A stretch of 64,000 nucleotides of DNA from Octopus vulgaris (taxonomy: Eukaryota). Shown in pieces: positions 63,806 to 64,000 of this stretch. The stretch covers positions 71,300,001 through 71,364,000 of the forward strand of contig OX597823.1 in assembly GCA_951406725.2 (NCBI GenBank), written 5' to 3'. The notes below the pieces were generated by a model, which ran no database searches, was not told where the DNA came from, and saw nothing but the letters and a program-made list of their open reading frames with translations. A program made the position numbers and the translations under genes. Position 1 is the first letter of the stretch. Each line of letters begins with the position of its first letter.

Positions 63806-63848
<43 letters not shown>

Positions 63849-63889
63849 GTATATACATGCTTTATTAATAAAGCTGCTAAGCCATCACT

Positions 63890-63935
63890 AAAACTGTTAC
63901 TCAGAGTTTCATGTTCCCGTGCATCAGACAGTTTT
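63890..63935 (-). ncRNA. Type I minimal hammerhead ribozyme (A9 and stem II mutated) in an inverted pLTR pair
   Basis: AAAACUGU CUGAUGC ACG-GGAA-CAU GAAA CUC-U-GAG UA ACAGUUUU; perfect 8-bp stem I. Confidence 0.7.
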
Positions 63936-64000
63936 GGTTGAGTTTCGACCAAAACTGTCCAATGGGTAGCAGTTTTTGTGATAGCTTTGCAGCTTTATTA

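Overview
AT-rich, repeat-dense animal genomic DNA. The SINE families and the heavy microsatellite load suggest an octopus or other cephalopod; this is an inference, as no search was run. Most of the window is transposon-derived: four SINE families, Helitron, Merlin, piggyBac and hAT non-autonomous elements, decayed Tc1, mariner, maT and Merlin transposons, RTE, HERO and Penelope remnants, and many (TA)n-anchored Penelope-type palindromes that carry minimal type I hammerhead ribozymes. The centrepiece is a full-length CR1-type LINE (30998-35705, minus strand, 7-bp TSD AAGTGAT). Its ORF1 is PHD-like finger + polyQ + coiled coil, and its APE-RT ORF2 is uninterrupted. ORF2 has no usable AUG and is joined to ORF1 by a correctly phased G_GGA_AAC slippery heptamer just before the ORF1 stop, which suggests gag-pol-like programmed -1 frameshifting in a non-LTR element. 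The only probable host gene is the 5' end of a DNAH5/DNAH8-like axonemal dynein heavy chain on the + strand (small exons at 43.2, 47.1 and 54.6 kb), downstream of tandem X-box-like motifs. An isolated 28S rRNA fragment and a MITE containing TTAGGG repeats are also present. Nearly all other ORFs in the supplied track are microsatellite or antisense artefacts.
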